A DNA stretch of 55,071 nucleotides from assembly GCA_000388065.2 (NCBI GenBank), contig KB932205.1; one strand, written 5' to 3'. This document shows, piece after piece, positions 50,601 through 55,071 of this stretch. How positions within the stretch are numbered: the first letter of the stretch is position 1; every line of letters starts with the position of its first letter. Below the pieces are notes generated by a model, which did not search any database, was not told the origin of the DNA, and worked only from the letters and a program-made list of their open reading frames with translations. The DNA comes from Fonticula alba ATCC 38817. Taxonomy: Eukaryota; Protista; Nucleariida. The translations under genes were made by a program, and so were the position numbers.

Positions 50601-51100
50601 GAGGCATCTTCTTTATTCCATGCACCTGTGTCGCACACTGCTGGACATTCCATGATGTTTGCTTTATACATGGCTGCACTCTCTCCCGTCGCCCGGGGGC
50701 AAAAAAAGCGAGGACAAAGGGAGGGAGCGAGGGAGGGGGGAAGGAGGAGAGCACAGGCTAGGTGTCAGCCTTCCCGTGAGGAGAGGGGCAGACTGCATGG
50801 TGGACCCGCGCGCGAACCCCCTTTCATGATGTGATGGGCCCGCCCGCTGGGGACCAGGAAACAACATCGAGACAACACAAGCATGGAGCCAATATTGACA
50901 TGCGAAAAGAGCAGGATATATGGAAGGAGAGAAGGGGAGAGAGAGAGGAGAGACAGGGGAGGAAACTGGAAGAGGCGTGAGGTGGGGGATGTGTGCGAGT
51001 GCATGCTCGCAGACATCTGCGCCACGAGGAGAGGGAAGCAAGGGCAAGGAGGAAGCAAGATAATAAGTAGAAAACCTCTAACGGGCGGGCCCATAGTGGG

Positions 51101-51107
51101 ACACACA

Positions 51108-51138
<31 letters not shown>

Positions 51139-51155
51139 GCACACACACGTGCGCA
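51101..51155. repeat. 55-nt uninterrupted alternating purine-pyrimidine tract ((AC)n(GC)n(AC)n)
   Basis: Read directly; lies 13 nt downstream of the TMEM62 stop. Confidence 0.9.
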
Positions 51156-51167
51156 AACTCTCGCCTT

Positions 51168-54100
51168 TTACTGCGACTTGCAGAAGACACGAGTCCGGCA
51201 CTCGAGCTTGACCCAGCGCACGGTGAACAAGGTCACCGCCAACAGCTCGAACCACAGCCCCATCGGCGAGAGGAGGGCCGTCTCAACACGCAGCCAGCCA
51301 CCCAGCAGGATGAGCATCAGCACCGTGAAGAACACCGACATGGAGATGAGGGTGATGGCCGGGCCAAGGCTGCGGGCACCGCGACCACGCTGGCGCCGGC
51401 GCATCTCAGCCTCGATGCGCACAATGGCCGCGAAGGCTGGCGCATAGATGCAAATGCCAATCAGCAGGACAATGGCCAGCATCTCCGGGGCCGGAGCATA
51501 CCCGAAGGGGGTGGCCGCGCCCCAGGAAAAGGCCACAGCCCACGGGTGCTCGAAGCCGGCCAGCGGCCCGGCCAATACCGGACCCACCCCCAGGCACACC
51601 AGCGACCCGGACAGGAAGGTAAAGGCCACCGGAGAGAGACGCCCCACGCGGATCAAATGCGCCTTCCAGGCCAGCAGTACCAGCTTCCAGAAGGGAACCT
51701 CCTCGCTGGCAGACGGCCGATGCCGAGGCGCCTCCGGGGTCAGGCCGCTGGCTCCGCCACCGACCGCCGCCACCAGGGCCACGGTTTCGCCGGCATCCCC
51801 GCCCGGAGACCCGGGCGAGCCGGGCGCACTGCTGCTGCTGCTGCTGCTGCTGCTGCCACCGGTCGCCGGCATGACCAGCATCACACCGGTCTTGGTGTCG
51901 GAGAACTCGTCCTCCGGATCCGACAGGACGATCCGGGACTCGGCCGACCCGCCGCTGCCGCCAGTGGCGCCCGGCTCGCTGGCACTCCCGCCGGAAGAGG
52001 TGTGGCTGCCGCGACGCCGGCCGGTGACCGGCGGGAAGGCAAAGTGCATGAACAGCCCACCCGTCAACAGGGCAATGAAGTACGTGAAGAAGACCACATC
52101 CAGGCTGAGGAAGAACTTGGCCAGATGCATGCGCTGCAGGGCCGTCATCAGCAAGGACCCCGGGGCCTGGCGCTGGTGGCCCAGATGCATCGGGACCGTC
52201 ACCTCCACCGGGTCCAGCGTGGTCAGGGGATGCCGCGCGGAGCCAGGCGCGCCGGTGAAAGCCGCCTGCACGCGGAAGGTCACCTGGTGCGTCTTGCCGT
52301 CGAGGTACCGCTCCGGGTTCCAGGTACAGGTGTGTAGCGGATGGCCGGCCGTCACACGGCGCAGGTTGCCCACTTGCACTCCGTCAATCAGGACCTGCCC
52401 CAGGGTCAGCTGGTGGTCATTGGGCAGCCAAATGAGCACGCGCATCAGTCCATCGGGCCGGATCTGCAGGCCGAGCGGCTCGCGCGATGTCAGCAGCCGC
52501 GAGTCCTTCGGCGTGGTGGGCAGCACCAGGGGGAAGGTGGCCGGGCCGAGGGTCGTGTCGATGAAGCTGAACAGGTCGTGATCCATGGCCAGCATGCGGA
52601 AGGTCCGATGCGTGCGCATGTCCTCCAGCTCCAGCTCCAGGTGCGCGTCGTCCAGGTTCGGCGGCGCGGTGTACATGTCCGCCTGGTGCAGATGCCCGCA
52701 CAGGTAGGCGATCGATCCGCGTGACAGGGCCTGCCAGGGCAGGTGAATACTGGACACCGACCGGGGGTGATGGCCAAAGAGGACCGTGTGATTGGACTGT
52801 GGGGGGAGGGGAGGCAGGAGGAGAAGCGGTGAGTGAGGCTTGTATAGCAGCAGCAGCAGCAGCAGCAGCAGTGGCCTGGGGGAGAGGCGAGTCGGGCGGG
52901 AAGGGAAAGAAGATGACAAAAAAAACAAACGCACGCCCGGGCGAGACACCATGTCAATCAGGCCGGACACATCGGGGCCCGGCGCCAGAGCGGCAAAGAA
53001 AGAGAACGGGGCGTTCATGCCCTGCAGGCCGGAGGTGCTGTCGAAACCAACGAAGCGGTACTGGCCATAGGGCTAGAAGGGGGAGGGGGGGGGGGGGGGG
53101 GTCAGACCGCGCATGAGGGCAGAGGCATTGCAGAGTCGGAAGAGGGAGCGGGCGCGGACGCGGGTGCGGGCGCGGACGCGGGCAGGGGGACCAATGCAGT
53201 GCGCGCGTACCTTCACCACCTCTACCTGGTAGTAAGTGCTGTCCTCGTCGCCACGCGCACCATACTGAACAAAGAGATCGCGCTCAGTGCCCGGTGGGGC
53301 GGTGTACGAGTCATGGTTGCCGCGGATGTCCAGCCAGAAGTTCGGGTCCTGCAGGACATTGAACTCCTCCAGCAGGGCCCGGTACGTGGACCACTCAGCC
53401 TCGATCTGGCGGTTGCGGTTGTAGATGGCATTGTTGGCTGGCAGGCCATGAAGGAGAAAGTGGGGACGAGCAACAGGGTCGAGAGGGGGGGAGGGAGAGA
53501 GAGAGAGAGAGAGAGAGAAAGATGGTCAGTGACAGGATTTGGGGTCGGCACAATCGAATGGGGGGAGCATGAAGCATGAACAACAGCGATAATGACGCAC
53601 GGGTGTCCAGGCCGTCAGTCAGATCGCCGGATGCAATGACCAGCTCCGGGTCAATGACCGGCAGGACGTGCTCCAGGTAGACGCGCAGGTTATCAGCATG
53701 CTCCGGGTGGAACTGACTGATGTGGATGTCCGACACCTGGGAGAACCAGAAGAGCCGATCGGTGTGGTGACCCGGCGAGGGAAGCCCAGCTATTTGCCAC
53801 AGCAACAGGGGGAACATGGCGCGAGGGAGGGAAGGAGGGACAAGGGAAACGGAGGGAAGGATGTCAGCACAGGCGGTCGGCCGAGGGATGGCCGGCAGAT
53901 GGGGCAGGGTGCTGCCGGCGAAGGGGGAGGGGGGGGGGGGGGGGGGGGCAAAGCGTGTACATACCGTCAGATGTGGGGGTGATCTTCACCGGACGGCGGA
54001 TGTCGATCAGGTAGCCCAAGATCGAAATGAGAGCCACCACGATGACAATGGTGGCGCAAAGATGCCGCGCCAGCCGGCGACGAACCGCAGGCCAGGAAGA

Positions 54101-54439
54101 CATGGCCGACGGGGAGGGAGGAGGCGTTGCAGGGCCAGGAGAGGCGCCAGCAATGGGGGTGGCAGTGCTCAAGAGGGCGGGAGGAGCACCGGCGGTGGCG
54201 GTAGCGGTGGAGCTGGAGGAGCCCTTCAGCAGGGGGGTGGTTGAGGCGGAGCTGGATTGCGCGCCGTCGTGATAGTCACCCGAGGAGTGGGTGGACGAGA
54301 GCAAGGGAGAGGCGGCGTGGTGTGGCGGGATGTCGGGCGAGGGAAAGCCATTTGGCCCGAGGGCAGGGGCTACCCGACGCGCGACCGTGGGCTCAGAAAA
54401 GTCCGCCTCATTGGGACAATCGGCCTGGCTGGACATCAT
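51168..54439 (-). CDS. TMEM62: TMEM62-like calcineurin-like metallophosphoesterase membrane protein
   Basis: Metallophosphoesterase motifs occur in order across the spliced exons: FWFSQVSDIH, SGDLTD, WLDIRGNHD, HTVLFGHHP and AYLCGHLH. The TMEM62-type LELELED...FRMLAMDHDLFSFID follows. There is an N-terminal TM helix (IVIVVALISILGYL) and several C-terminal TM helices. Stop TAA at 51170-51168. Confidence 0.9.
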
Positions 54440-55071
54440 GTGCGGCAGGGAGCCTCAGGCGGAGAGGGAGAGGGGAAGGAGGAGGGTGGACGTGCGACAG
54501 CACGTATCCGGACCGGCAGGGGGGCGATACGTTGGAGGTGGCNNNNNNNNNNGGGGGGCGATACGTTGGAGGTGGCAGGAGCGAGCGGGGGGGGGGGGGG
54601 GGGGGGGGGGGGGTGGTGGGAGGGGGGCTGTCGAGTGGGGGGTGGATGTGCGGATGTGCGCGCGTGTTTGGGAACTGCTTTCGGCTTTCTGTGTGGGGAA
54701 AAAACGGGGGAACGCATATGACGCCAGGGAGGACACGGAGGGTGGGGGGACGGTGTCCGGAGGAATGCCGGACGAAGTACGCCGCCGAAAGCGGACGGGC
54801 GGGATCGGCGTCCAGGTTCGAGAGCGTGGAGAGTGCACCAACAGTCAGCAAAAAGGCCATGAAAGCGGGGGGGGGGGGGGGGAACGGTTTCATGTGCGTG
54901 CGCATGATCCTTCCCTCAATTGCCCCTCTTGGGGGCCGCCTCCGCGCATGAAGGCCTCCTGACCGGGCGAACCCGGGATGAGGTGGCAATTGTAGCAGGG
55001 TTCACACGGGTTAAGCCTAAGTCAAGTGAGTGAGGCTTGACGAAGGGTACCAGTGTGATCTGCCACCTGGT

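Noticed and set aside
54519-54576. 24-bp direct repeat flanking a 10-N gap
   Set aside because: Identical sequence on both sides of a minimal gap is the usual signature of unmerged overlapping contig ends.
1-55071. CRISPR arrays, prokaryotic operons or intact transposases
   Set aside because: No repeat-spacer arrays and no DDE, RT or integrase motifs were seen; the locus is a spliced eukaryotic region.

Overview
GC-rich, intron-containing eukaryotic genomic DNA with seven N gaps. Introns have GT(A/G)(C/T)G(T/C) donors, CTGAC/CTAAC-like branch points and long C/CT/CA runs. The fungal-type GGA, the composition and the intron style suggest a holomycotan opisthokont such as Fonticula (inference only). 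Ten protein-coding genes are supported by translation plus splice-site reconstruction: an intronless unknown protein (-), MDM35/TRIAP1 (-), an SH3-proline-rich-EH protein (+), LTO1/ORAOV1 (-), a very large TRRAP/Tra1 pseudokinase of about 6,350 aa (+, 9001-30155), a GGA adaptor (-), a Myb/SANT-like DNA-binding protein with a Pro/His-rich tail (+), ABCD4 (-), ESF2/ABT1 (-) and TMEM62 (-). The most unusual items are: an isolated, spliceable G-protein alpha-like exon between LTO1 and TRRAP; the oversized TRRAP with an apparently acceptor-less exon behind a 78-nt poly-C; the Myb/SANT gene with no transposase partner; the SH3-to-EH domain order; and a 31-bp duplication that rewrites a C-terminus. 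Most other listed ORFs are GC-bias shadows. All family calls rest on motif recognition from memory, not database searches.
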